From Oikopleura dioica (taxonomy: Eukaryota; Animalia; Chordata), in NCBI GenBank assembly GCA_907165135.1, contig OU015567.1:12524001-12588000 (forward strand): a stretch of DNA of 64,000 nt, read 5' to 3'. The position numbers were made by a program, and so were the translations under genes. The stretch's first letter is position 1, and every line of letters begins with the position of its first letter. The notes under the pieces were generated by a model, which was given only the letters and a program-made list of their open reading frames with translations, was not told where the DNA came from and searched no databases. Below, one piece after another: positions 12,270 to 25,714 of this stretch.

Positions 12270-12742
12270 ATGAATATCTCGTCGTTATTTCTTATCTTTC
12301 ACGCGACGGTCACAGCTCAAGAAGCCGAAATCACCACAAAAGCAAGCCCAGTTGACTTGTCTAACTCGACAGAGGCAGAAGTTGAGCCAGAGGTCGAAAA
12401 CATGGGAAACCCAGCAACAGAAAGTCCAGATTTATCTCCTAAAAATGGAACGACTACAGATACGCCTCTTGTTCGTCCAATTACCAGGTATCTATGGCCA
12501 AATATACGTAGATTCATAAACGCATGATCAAATAGATAGTGCTCTTTGAATTATCCTAATCAATCAACATATCTAAGATATGATATCTTCTTCAATTCAT
12601 AAATTCTAGCGCACCCATTGAATCCGGCTTCGACTTCGGCAGCTTCATCGGTGGCGCCGTTCTAGCGTTTGGCGTCACGGCAACGGTCTATTTCGGCATA
12701 AAATTCTACCGCGCGCATAATCCCGATTATCGTCATATTTAA
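12270..12742 (+). CDS. CD164/porimin (TMEM123)-like sialomucin
   Basis: Signal peptide, Ser/Thr-rich stalk, FDFGSFIGGAVLAFGVTATVYFGIKFY TM motif, C-terminal YRHI lysosomal YxxPhi signal. Confidence 0.85.
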
Positions 12743-13117
12743 AAGTCGCTCATACAAATACGCAAATCGTACTCCAACTTTGTATCAATCCATATATTTC
12801 AAGAATGAGCTTCTTTGCCGATTCCTACCGCTAGAAATCGACAAAAAAGCGTCATTTTTACACCCTTTTGTTCATAATTTATGATAGTCATTATTTTCCT
12901 TCTTCGTATAAAAATATCAAACCGTCTCGTGTTATACAGTCATTTTACTCACGCCTTTTTATTCTTCAACCTTCGAAGGACTTTTTATCATGACACACAC
13001 AAATACAGTTTACTCGTTCAATCTCTTTTGCAAAAACAAACTTTTAAACCGCCAAAATACGAAAAATAAAATCGCAACAAAAAAAAACAACCGTTTTAAA
13101 CTTGTGTTACTTGCAGA

Positions 13118-13838
13118 ATGATTGTTTTACTTTCGGGAAAGCGGAAATCGGGGAAGGATTTTGTTGCAGAAAAGCTTCAGGTTTGCTTTTTTCTAGGATA
13201 AGGGCTTATTTTAAACCCCCTTTCAAGGCTCTCAACCCTTTTTCTCGGCCAATGAGAATCATCAGACTTTCTGCACCTTTGAAAAAAGCATACGCATCAG
13301 AGCATCCTGGAGTTGACTATCAACAACTTATGGTAAAAACCCTTATCTACCCTTAAATTTTTATCTTAGCTATTGTAGACTAGTGGGGAGTACAAGGAAA
13401 AGTACAGAGCAGATATGGTTCGCTGGGGTGAAGCAAAGCGAAATTCTGACCCGAATTATTTTGTGAAACTTTCTTTTGCTGACTTGGATGTTCATTTGTA
13501 AGTTTGTGTTTTTAACGATTTGAAGGTTTGACAAAGCGCGTAGAAAAAGCTCGTTGGTGGTTGTCTCCGATTGTAGGAGAAAAACGGACATTGAAAGCAT
13601 CAAGAAGCTGTTTGATGATCCCGGCTATCACAACCAACTGGCGATAGTTACAGTCAGAATCGAAGCCACCCGGGAGGCCCGAGAGTCACGCGGGTTCACC
13701 TTTACTGCTGGTATCGACGATTGCGAGACAGAATGTGGCCTGGACGATTACCCCCACGATTTTATCTTCAAAAATGACTCCGGCGGCGATATTTCACCGT
13801 TGATCGATTTTCTCGACGCCCGACTCGAAGCACCATAA
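13118..13838 (+). CDS. PMVK: Phosphomevalonate kinase (animal type)
   Basis: MIVLLSGKRKSGKDFV P-loop; IRLSAPLKKAY; YKEKYRADMVRWGE; VVSDCRRKTD; RGFTFTAGIDDCETECGLD. Confidence 0.93.
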
Positions 13839-14313
13839 TGCCCCTTTACGCTGGAATTTCCGTACTTTTTCCGAACGGTTGTTCTTCAGCTTTGCGCAGT
13901 GGCAGTATCGTAAACGATGAGGTTTATCCGAGTTGCGATTATTGCTAATTGAAAACTATACCCAATACCCCGCCATGCGGACGTGAAATACCGTCCACAT
14001 AGGCAATTTCTGAAGGAGGCTACGGTCTCCTCGTGTTATCAAAACTCTAAAATTCGGACTTCCACCTGAGGGTTATCTTTGATCTCTTTTCACTAGAAAA
14101 TGCCCAGCAAATCCACCAAGTCATCAATAAATTATTGACAATAATTCATTAACTTTTGTCTAGATTGCTTGATTTCGCCCTTTTTCAGGCCTTTGAGCCA
14201 ACTTTTATCTCTGGCCCACCCTTTCCTCCTAAAATACCTCAGAAAATGCATCTTCTTATTTTGATAGTCCCCCATTTGGCCATTTAGAATGTAAAAACCA
14301 TGAATCGGTGTCG

Positions 14314-17300
14314 ATGAGCATGAAAGAAAACCGGAAAACAACGAGCAATTGGGTCAAGAGAAACTTGAGGCGCTTGATTCGTCGAAACTACGTAAGATGG
14401 GCTACGGTTATCGCCAAGTATCCCTTCTGCCTCATTTTCATCAGCGTCGTTTTCACCTTGATATGTAAGCGAAGCCCGTTTTCTATCCATTCTCGAATTG
14501 TTCTAGGCTGTCTTTCCTTTTACTTCAAAACTCCTTATTCGATCCACTCACTCCCGTCGGAGAATTTCTCGGAGAACAAGCCAGAAGGATACATCCTCCA
14601 GTTTGAATTTGAAAACAAGCATCCCACGAGAAAACTCATCGATGAAACAACGATAGTTATCCGGAATCATGAATATCTGTCGAACAACTGCGTTCACGGA
14701 GAATCGCTAAAGTCGGGAATTCCACCAGAGCTGTCAAAAGTGATCCCGAATCATTCCTGTCTCATCTTTTCACCGGCGAATCTTCCTGATTCTGATCACG
14801 AATTTCCGCGAAATGTTGAAGAGTTATTCAAGGAAAAGTTCCATTTCTACCAATTATGATACCAGATTTCGTTCTTTTCAGGGGTGATTTTATTATTAGA
14901 GCCCTCAGTTTTGATGGCACATCTGTTAGATGGAACGATTCAAGTAGCGTCACAAAAAGGCAGCGCGCATTTTATGGGGGTCCAAGTGGAAACACTATCC
15001 ACCCGTTGTTACCGTGGTTTTGCGACATGACATTGATCCACAAGCACCTTGGCTTCTCTCTTTGGCAAGGGATCTATTTCCAGCGAGCGCGAGCGAAAAC
15101 GTGTCAACCCCGCCAAGGTCAGTCCCTGCCAATTATTCTATCAAAGATTTTATTTTCGTATGCAGATCCGGGACCGAACCACTGATCAACATAAATTTCC
15201 ATTTTGGGTATCCCGCGACGATTGATTGGTTGGTTTATCTCTCAGCGGGAATCTTACTGTACGTTTATTATTACGTTACGGTCAGAAAGATGAATTTTCT
15301 CGAATCCAGGAAGGTTTTTCATCAATTTTTAAGCTCAATAGCTTTATTTTTTCTTTTAAAACCGGGCCAAGTATTATCACAAGTGCTGCTGTCTGTGGAA
15401 CACTGATAATGTCTCTAATGGTCGCTTTAGGATCTTGCCTCGGTAAAACTATTTCTTTGATAAACGAGCTGACTCCTTTCTAGCGCTGGATCTGGACATT
15501 TACGTCGAGTCCGGACCGTTCGAGCGCGGAATCGGCTGGATTTTCATCTACTACACTTTTACGTTTATTGCGTTTGAATCTGTACTGATGCTGACGAAGT
15601 GTATCATAGAAACGCCTGTCGAAGGAAGCAGTTTTTGATATCTTATGTAATGTTCATTCTCGGGCAGGGAAGGGAAAGCTTGGGGATCAAAGAAAATGAT
15701 CAATCTACGCTTACTAGAGCCCTGGCTGAGCTCCAAAATTGTTTACGAAACTCGCTTTGAAGAGGGGCCAACTGAGCGGATCGCGCACGGATTGCTCCGC
15801 GGCGGGTGCCACCTCTCCAAGTTCTTCTTCGCTCAATTAGCGCTGACCATGATTGGCTCGATCTCCGAATACTCTCGCAGGAATACAGTTCAACCCAGTA
15901 GTGCTCGGACAGCTTTACTTTTAACTCGTTTGGGGGTTTAATTAGTTAGTCGCCGCGTTGGATGACGGCCAATCAAAGAGTGATTAAAAATTGGGAGAAG
16001 AAAAAATCGACAAAATACTTCCGCGATTAGTCGATTTTTTCTAGCAAAAAGTCGAGTTTCAGGCTGATTATTCCAAGGCCGGGACGAGTGCAATACAGAT
16101 GTTTCGATATTCGTCTGTACAGACACTCCGACGAGACCTAGAATTCTCACCGATCATATTTCCCTCTCTCTTTCTCAGTCGGATGTTTTCAGAATTTCTA
16201 CAAGTCGGGACCAGTGCAATATTAATTCAGAAAAGTAAAACAAATGCACAAAATCGCGACTGGTAGACTTTCGAAATTAGCTTTTTAAATTGTCTTCTTC
16301 TTTCTCTCTCTATTTTTTCGAAATGCTCTTTCTCTCTTTGTCCCTATTTTTCTCTCTGAGTGGTCGAGCTAAATAGGCCGCGCGGGATAAACGAGACTCC
16401 GCCCGGGGGGAGCGCGCGCGTGAACTCTCGCTCTCCCGCCCTCCAGTGGTATCTCTCGGTCAGCTGCCCCCGCCCAGCAGGTCACGGATTTATCACCAAT
16501 GATTTCGAGCTACTTCGATATTTCTCAGCCTTTTTGGAGTGAGGAAATCATCTGTTTCACTTGATCTCTTTGTCCTTCTATTATTAAAAGAAGTTAGTAT
16601 TGAATGACTCGTATTTCGTTTCCTGTCTGCGAGACAGCGCTTTGAAGTTTTTATTTCTATTTTTCGAGTTATAAACGGTGCTTCCCGTCGCCGGGAGCGG
16701 CGAGGAATAGAGCCACCGGGAGAAATTGATTTCGCCCCTGGCCTCAGGTGATTGGATGCTCTTTTGGCCAGCACAAGCCGTGATTGGTTCAAACGAGTTT
16801 CTCATCTCTCTTTATTCTGTCGTTGAGGACAAAGGGAAAGTCATCCACTTGACCTGAGAGGGATTCATTAGCTTTATGACTCACTGTATTCAAAATTTGA
16901 AGAGCTGGTAAACGGCCAAATAATTTTCTTATGGGCCAAGGGAGAAAAAGGTTGAAAATGTTGAATTGTTACCAGTTTTTCTATCTTTGCTCTGATTATG
17001 GTTCTCTCGCACTCTGCTCTTCTTCATGAATGGCTTGTAAACTTGTTTATTTGTAACAAGAATAGTTCGTTTTTGACCTTCATAAAGGATTTACGAGCCA
17101 TTGATAGTCTTTCTTCGCCCCTATTCTCTTTCTCGAGCTCAAGCAACTTGAGCGATCAGGTAAAGAAAAAAAAAAACTCTTGAAGCATTACTCAAAATTT
17201 TAAGAACCAAAATGGATTCACAAAAGATCTGGAGCCGCAATAAGATTGCGTCGTTATTGGAATTCCAGGAATTCTGGAAAGTTCAGGGAGGACACTCTCG

Positions 17301-20300
17301 AAGGAAAGGGCATATTCTAGAGTTTTTTCTCTTTTTGATGACAGCCAGGAATCTTGAATCAATCAAAAATTTTGACAATGGCCTTTCGATTGAGATAAAA
17401 ATTCGTCTGTCTGAGACCATCAAAATAAGTTCACGATGTGCCGAGTCTCCGAGTCTCGCCGCTTTATGATTCGTAAGCTCTTTTCGTAAATTTATATACC
17501 AATCACTTTTTTACGAGCGTACAAAAAATATGTTTGTCAGAACTTTTTCCACGCCCTAAACGAAGATGTGACTCCGCTGGTCGACCTTGGGGAGAATCAT
17601 ATTGACCCGATTGAGGGGATGTTCCAGCCACTGAGGATCAAGTTGTTAAAAACATGGGCCCACAAGGCAATTCTGCAGAAAATTGCGATGATTGTCTTTA
17701 TAACTTGGATTGGTTATCGAGTTTTTATGGTCGATCCAAGTGAAATCAACAACGACTACGATGACAATGACCTGGAGTTTGCTAAACTGCCGTGGGCGTA
17801 TGCTTTCCAACTCTATTCAAGAGATATTCGCGGAAAGCATCTATCCTTCCTTCCTCGAATTCGTGTTCCTTTCGATCCCAGTGGCTCCCGTCCGATCCCA
17901 ATCTATCAGGAAACCAAGGATTCTCCTCGCTTGACCCAGTTTGTCTCCTGGAAACTTGTTTCGCTGATTATCGCCTTTGCAGCAGCTATTTATAAGCTTT
18001 ATAAGGTGAGAAATAAAACAAATATTTCTGACCCGTGTCATGGGAGTGACCCTGTTTTTGTAACACCTGGATTGGAATTAACAAATTTTTTCTGTGAAAT
18101 GATTATGACCTGATTTTAGTAGTTATTTTTAGGCGTACGAGAGGAAAATCGAAATCAACAAGGCATTTGTGGAGTATTTTGATTCCCGGAAGGCCTCGAA
18201 ATCGCTCTATGAAGATGTCGCGCTGGAAAAACATTTGGAGTTGGAATTCACCATTGATCATGTTGCACAAGATGAAGAAACTGGGAACCTGCTTTTAGTT
18301 GACTCTTCCGGATCTTTGACGATTTTTGATGCTTCAAGTAACAAAATTGTCGCTCAGAAGCTGTCTCAGATTTCTTCTTATCGCGCTTCCACGACATCAG
18401 ATTCGAGACATCATTTTACCGAGGACGATAATCCATTGATATCTGACGATGAGACTGTTTGGTCTATCGGAATTCATCAAAACAACATCATTCTTGGCTT
18501 CTAGGTCTAGGATCGGGGGTGATCGTTGGAGATCCGAAATGACGCGCTCGAGATGAATCACCAACGAGTGGAGCGCGGGTTGTTTGGATCTCCAGAGCGC
18601 GGAGATCGAAGCTCGATCTCCAAATCAGTCCCAGGGATTTTGTCGATCTCCAATTTTCGGTGATCGGATCCCCGAATTTTCCCGACCATGGATTTCTCTC
18701 GAATACATTCATATTTTTCAGTAAATAGGGACTATGCGGGTCAGTGTCTCAAAAATTTATTAATACTAATGAGTTTGTAATGCTTATTTTCAAGAAGTAA
18801 TCGCCGATAGCTTATCGCTCACCAGCCGAGCTCTAAGTGGGCGCTTTAACCAGTTAACAGGGGCGTGCAGGTTTGACCTGCACGCGTGGAAACGGTTAGC
18901 CATTCACAACCTCGGATCCTTGATTTCACTCAATCATCGACAGGCAAAAGCGTAGGCGAAATCGACCACTCTGTTAACGGGTTAACCTTTGGAAATTTAA
19001 ACCGAACCAAATTTTGAATTCAAAAAATTTAAATCAAGCAGAGATAGTAAAAAGTACTTGTTTTTATCTTAAGCTTTAATCCATGCACTTTTTTGACAGA
19101 ATATTTGAAATCTACTGTGCAAAATTAGTATTGTCTGAGATTTTCAAGGCTATCCGGTCAGTCGCTTCTGATATCAGTAGGCTGACAGAAGATTGTTTCA
19201 AAGTGACTCATCGACTTCGGGGATCAAAAATTTTTGGATCTCCAAGAACTGGAGATCGAGAGTGGTGATCGATCACCGCAATTTCAGAGTGGAGATCGCG
19301 CGGATCTCCACGCAATTGGAGATCCAAAGAACCCGCGCTCCACTCATTGGTGATTCAACTCGAGCGCTTCATTTCGGATCTCCAGCGATCACCCCCGATC
19401 CTAGACCTAGCTTGGCTTATCTTCTGGGAACGTGAAGTTTTTGCAGGTTTCAAAAGCAGAAATGCTTCTCAAGTCGACTTATCTACTCGACGAATCTGGC
19501 GTTTCATTCATAATTACGCGTGACGAGGAAAGTGCTTTCATCGCGCTTACGATTGAAGGAACCGTACGAAAATTCTCCACTTGTCCATTTTCCGCTCACG
19601 AGGTGCAACACAGCACGCCTGGCGTCACAGTTGTCCGCACCATGTGCGAACGTATCGTTTCTGGCTCATTAGACGGCTCTGTGACTGTTCTGAACAAGGA
19701 CTGCAGGACTGATCATGTCTGCAAAGGTCACAATTACCCAATCACTGCCCTAAATCTCTTCAAAAATGGAAAATCTTCAAGCGACATCACTGCCATGTCG
19801 GCGGATCAGTCTGGTCAGGTCCGAATTTGGACCTTGTTGTCAGGCCGTTGCCAATTTGTGCTTGGCAATTACTCTGGCATGATTTCAAATGTCTGGCCTT
19901 GCAGGTACGTTATCAGCTCAGTACTTCAGTACCTAACTTTACCACCAGGAATATCCTGATCGGAATGACACAATCAGGGCGGGTCCTAATTTGGACTCAC
20001 CGCAGCGGCCACTTCAAGCAATCTTTCAAACTTGGAGAGTCTTCAAATGGCGGTGCCATTGTTCTCAATGAAAACTTACTGATTGCTGCATTCGACCAGC
20101 AAATAGGATTTATTGACCTTGATCTGAAGAACAAAAGAAGATCAATCTCGCTGCGAAATTCAGTATCAGAGAGAACAACTTCAAAATAAGGTAACAACAA
20201 AAATGAAACGAAAAAATTTCCTCTATTTTTAGGTCGACGGCTTTGACTCCCTCAAAGCTTTTCTTCAGCCAGACAGGAGACAGAAAAACACTATTCTTCT

Positions 20301-20443
20301 CACATGGTCGAACTCTAAAAAGCCTTCTCTTGCCGCCTCACGTTGACTGTACAAATATCTCGTAAAACTACTACTCACTGTTACTACTTTTCGTTCCACA
20401 AGTTCTAACACAGATAATCACTTGTTGTATAAAAGCCAATTAA
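14314..20443 (+). CDS. SCAP: SREBP cleavage-activating protein (sterol-sensing domain + WD40), divergent, with an exonic transposon insertion
   Basis: N-terminal VIAKYPFCLIF TM; SSD-like YVYYYVTVRKM, ESVLMLTKCIIETPV...ERIAHGL; loop-7-like LRIKLLKTWAHKAILQKIAMIVFITWIGY...DP and LSFLPRIRV; WD40 repeats (CKGHNYPITAL, GQVRIWTLLSGRC); ends FVPQVL. Exons between ~15.9 and 17.5 kb not resolved; start ATG ambiguous (14308/14314). Confidence 0.85.
18501..19410. mobile_element. Non-autonomous hAT-like element (910 bp) inserted in a SCAP WD40 exon
   Basis: 25-bp perfect TIR CTAGGTCTAGGATCGGGGGTGATCG extending imperfectly to ~95 bp or more; 8-bp TSD CTTGGCTT at 18493-18500 and 19411-19418; GGAGATC/GATCTCC subterminal repeats. 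Confidence 0.92.
18850..18981. mobile_element. piggyBac-like MITE (132 bp) nested in the 910-bp element
   Basis: TTAA at 18846-18849 and 18982-18985; ends CCAGTTAACAG ... CTGTTAACGGG (11-bp IR, one mismatch). Confidence 0.65.
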
Positions 20444-20459
20444 ATTTTTTTCTTAAGAG
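20444..20459 (+). promoter_or_regulatory. Intercistronic U-rich tract with AG acceptor (candidate SL trans-splice site) between SCAP and YKT6
   Basis: Only 16 nt between SCAP stop and YKT6 ATG: ATTTTTTTCTTAAGAG; no room for a promoter. Confidence 0.6.
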
Positions 20460-21186
20460 ATGGTACGACTTTATGGAATCGTGATCGCGAAGAAAAACGG
20501 CGACAAAGTTCAAAAATTGTGCGAAGAAATTGATGTCAGTACTTTTGGCTTCTTCCAAAGAAATTCTGTTGGAGAGTTTATCAGATTCACCCATTCCATT
20601 GTTCTCGGTAACGACCTTTTCTCCATCCTTACCTTCAATAATTTCTTTAGAAAGGACTCCTCTAAATGACAGAAAGTCAGTAAAACAAGATGCATACATG
20701 GCCCATTCTTACGTCGGTCCTGATGGTCTTTCCGCCTGTTGCATCGCTGATGAAGAGTACCCAAAAAGACCGGCGTTTGTCATGCTTGGCAAGGTAGTAG
20801 GTAAATTAGCCCTCATTTGTTACTTTTTATAACCGCATTCTTTCTCACTCAGAGGACTTTGCCGCAGCGCATCCAAATTGGAGTAGCATCAATTCAGTCG
20901 AATTCGGATTGAAGGACATTCTTACAAGATGGCAAGACCCTAAATCGGCTGATTCCATCATGAAAGTGCAGAACGAGCTCGATGAGACAAAGCAAATAGT
21001 CTCCGAAACGCTCGAAAAGATTCTCGATCGTGGCCAGAAGCTTGACGATCTTGTCAGGTAAAAATCAAACTATAGGTATTATTTTTAAAAAGTAATTTTA
21101 GCCGCAGTAACGAACTCTCAGAGCAGTCGAAAGCATTCTACAAAACCGCCAAGAAGACCAACTCATGGTGCTGCTCAATCATGTGA
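20460..21186 (+). CDS. YKT6: Longin R-SNARE YKT6
   Basis: MVRLYGIV...DVSTFGFFQRNSVGEFIRF; IADEEYPKRPAF; MKVQNELDETK; RGQKLDDLV; CAAX tail CCSIM*. Confidence 0.95.
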
Positions 21187-21617
21187 TCTTTCTTTGTCTT
21201 CTTTCAATATAATTTCAACCTATTTTCCTTTTTTTTTCTTCAGGTTCAAAGTTTGTTCCATTCTGTTCCTCTTTCCAACTCATTATTGAAAACAACATCA
21301 ACAACCATATCAACATATCAAGAATCTTTCCACTCCTTTTTCCACCATTCTTTGGTGCACAAACTTTAATATTCATATAAAAATGCATATATATCAATTG
21401 TGAAACATACCATACCTTCGCTTTTATAACAACTCTATTTGTCCTGTTTTTTTGACAAAAAGCTACAGTAACTCCTTGTGTCATATATTCAAGTCAACAT
21501 ATGCCGGTATTTTTTCTGCTACTCCTCTATTTTTCAAATTGTTAGTTTACTACTACTGATACAAATACAGCTCTGGAATTATATGCATTCACGTCTTGAC
21601 CGTTTTATTCTCTAAGA

Positions 21618-22779
<1,162 letters not shown>

Positions 22780-22885
22780 CAATCTCTTTCTACTATTTAA
22801 CTACAGCAATACCGCGTGTTCCAGAATGTCACTCAATATAAAATCTAAAATTAATATAAGCGATGTTTTCTCTTCAGAAGATTGT

Positions 22886-23493
22886 ATGCCAAGATCTCGG
22901 AGAGATCGAGAACGCCTTGAGGAGCAAGATTCGTATTCGTTCGACCCTTTCGAGTCTTCCGCAAGTTCTGCCCCGAATGGTGTGCAGCTTAACCCTGATG
23001 GAACTCCATGTCGTGCTTGTAGTTCAGTTCAAGATGTGAAAGCACGGCTTGGAGATGCTTTTGGGGTTGGTAATTCCAGCGTCAGAAATGACTGCGCCCC
23101 AGATGTCAATCAAATTGGAAATGCTGGCTGGGTAAGTTTTGAAAACTTAGCTTTCTACCAATTTTACCTTCCAAATATTTTTTTCAGACAATTCTCCACA
23201 CAATGGCAGCATATTATCCTGATAAACCATCACCTGAGAAGAAAGCCGCTGTTTTAAACTTCTACGATTCTTTCTCAAAGCTCTATCCTTGCTCTCATTG
23301 CGCAGAAGACCTTCGCCAGGACCTCAAAGAATTCAAAGTCAGGAACGAATCTCGTGCGAGTTTGAGTATTTGGACCTGCGAAATGCATAATCGAGTGAAT
23401 GAGAAGCTGGGAAAGGAGACTTACAAGTGTGATCTTGATTGGCTTGATCAGAGATGGCGAGATGGCTGGAAAGACGGCTCATGTGATTTATAA
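22886..23493 (+). CDS. GFER: FAD-linked sulfhydryl oxidase ERV1/ALR
   Basis: N-terminal CRAC; GNAGW-TILHTMAAYYP; YPCSHCAEDL CxxC; CEMHNRVNEKLGK; RWRDGWKDGSC. Confidence 0.95.
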
Positions 23494-23568
23494 ATGGCTA
23501 CTGCAAAAATGATTTTCTAATTTTAATAGATATCTTACGATAGATTTTTGACAATGCTTTCTTTAGAA

Positions 23569-24162
23569 ATGCTCGCGCTTAGAAGTACCCGAACCCTTAC
23601 CACTCGGCTCGCCACGCCAGGTAATGATCAGGCTTCAATTATGTTATCCTAAATCTATTCTAGTGCTGAGCCGAAAGCTTTCTGCGAAGGCCGAGATCCC
23701 CGAGACCAACATGTTTTGGCTCCGCCACCAGATCAAAGCCAAGGATGGTTTCCACAAGCACGTCAACTTTGTGAGTCTTTTATATTTTGATTGCAGCCAT
23801 TAGAATGGATTTTAGGAGCGAATCGTCGCCATGGTCGCTCTTGGCTCCATGGGCGCTGCTGTCATCTCCCCTGGCAACTTCCTTGTCGACCAGACATTGG
23901 CTCTCACCTGGATCGCCCACTCCTACTGGGGCGTTGAAGCTATGATCATGGATTACATTCCCCTTCTTCTCCCTGTTTTCTTCGCCAACGTAAGCCGCTT
24001 TCTTTTGCGAATGTGCCTAGTCTCCAAATAAAATTTTAGGTCGCCAAATGGCTTTGGGTTGGATTCTGCCTCATCATGGCTGTTGCCTTCACCAACTTGA
24101 ACCTCAAGGTTGGCGAGAAGCAGGGCTGTGGCCACATCATCCGGGAATTCTTCCTTATGTAA
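23569..24162 (+). CDS. SDHD: Succinate dehydrogenase cytochrome b small subunit (CybS)
   Basis: Presequence, then ERIVAMVALG...DQTLALTWIAHSYWGVEAMIMDY (heme His and DY motif); four exons. Confidence 0.88.
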
Positions 24163-24293
24163 AAAGCGCTCTTTTTATAAAGAATAGCACCTTTCTGTCC
24201 TGTTTCGCTATTGAGAACACTATTTATTAAGACTATGAGCGCATAAGATCCTACAAGTTCAAGACCTCCTGTTAGATCATTTCTTCGTTAAGA

Positions 24294-25585
24294 ATGAGTG
24301 ACTTCGACGATTCCTACGAGTCTTCCATCTTCTCTGATGCTTCAAGCTCGTCCATCGATGACATGATCTTTTCTGATGAGCCGCCAAGTGATGATTCGTT
24401 GGACGATTCCGTTGGAGATCTTGAGGAGAGTCGTCTCGAAGAAGATTCGGAGAAACGTAATTGGACTTTATTTTCTACCTTTTAAGTTGATTTTAGAAGA
24501 AGATGAGAATTCCAACTCAATCTCGCTTCCAAAACCAGTGCCGGAGATTCCGATGACTGGATATCTTGATGAATCGATCCATGACCCTAGCTCGGAAGAT
24601 ATAATTGACAGTCAACGAAGTAGGGTTAATAAGTATTTCCAAATCAAAAGCCTTCTCTTTCAGAGCTGGAGAATAAGTATGAAATCCTCGACTTTTCTCT
24701 CTCGGGCCTCGAGGTTTCTGATGAACGAAAGAAGTATTACGAGAAGGAAGAAAATGAAATGAGTTTTGTCGCAGGCAAGAAAGAGTACGAGCCTCCGCTT
24801 CTTTCTCTCGCTAACCTCGATATGGACAGCTATAGGAAATGCGCTGATGTGTTGAGGCCCCATCCACATCTTAGGAGAGGTAATCTCTTGATAGATTTTA
24901 CCCATATAGAGTTTTTCTAGCGTTTCTCGAACCAAGAATGGTCCAAAGTCAAAAGGTCAGCATCAAAGTCGATCCTCCTTTGACTCCGCTGAAGTCAATT
25001 CTTCGATCACGAACTGGATCGGACAATATGGAAGATCATATCGAGTATATAAAGCGTCGATCAGAGCTACGATCAGGTTCCAAACCGAACAAAACTGAAG
25101 AAAACATTAGGAGGATGGAGCAAGACTTGACTGCTGAAAGACCAGAGCATACCGAGTACAGAAGTGCTCAAAGTGTAAAGGAAGAATACATCGCGCGAGC
25201 AGAATCAAAAGAGGAAAATTCATCAAAACCTCGATTCAGCCCGAGAGACCGGATTTATGACAGTCTCTCTGAGTCAACCAAAGCGCGATTGGAAAAGCTA
25301 AAGCAAGAACGAAAGAAAAAGAATGCAGAAATAAACGGAAATGATGCTGCTCCATCTCCACCAAAGCCAAAGTTCAACTACGCCAAGCTGGAGATGATCA
25401 AAAACCGCTTCGAAGGTAATTCTTCTAAAAATCGCATTTTTACAGCATTTTCAAGAGCAACAAAAGAAGAAAGCGGGAAATTCATTCGAAATGACAATGA
25501 TGCAAGAAGAGCGGGAAGAGCAAAAGCGTCGCCACCGCGAAACCCTCAAGAAATTCGAGCGAATGTCGACCTAAATCCCAGATAG
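24294..25585 (+). CDS. Orphan acidic/charged, likely disordered protein
   Basis: MSDFDDSYESS... acidic exons joined by short GT-AG introns to a 215-aa charged ORF; no family recognised. Confidence 0.55.
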
Positions 25586-25714
25586 AAAATCTTCCTCACT
25601 GACACTTATTTAAGCTAAATGAACTGCCTCATTTATCTTCACACTGCAGTTTTCACTTCACCTGCCAAACACATATTAAAAAAAGCTCGGACTAGATTCT
25701 TTTTCATTCAGAAA

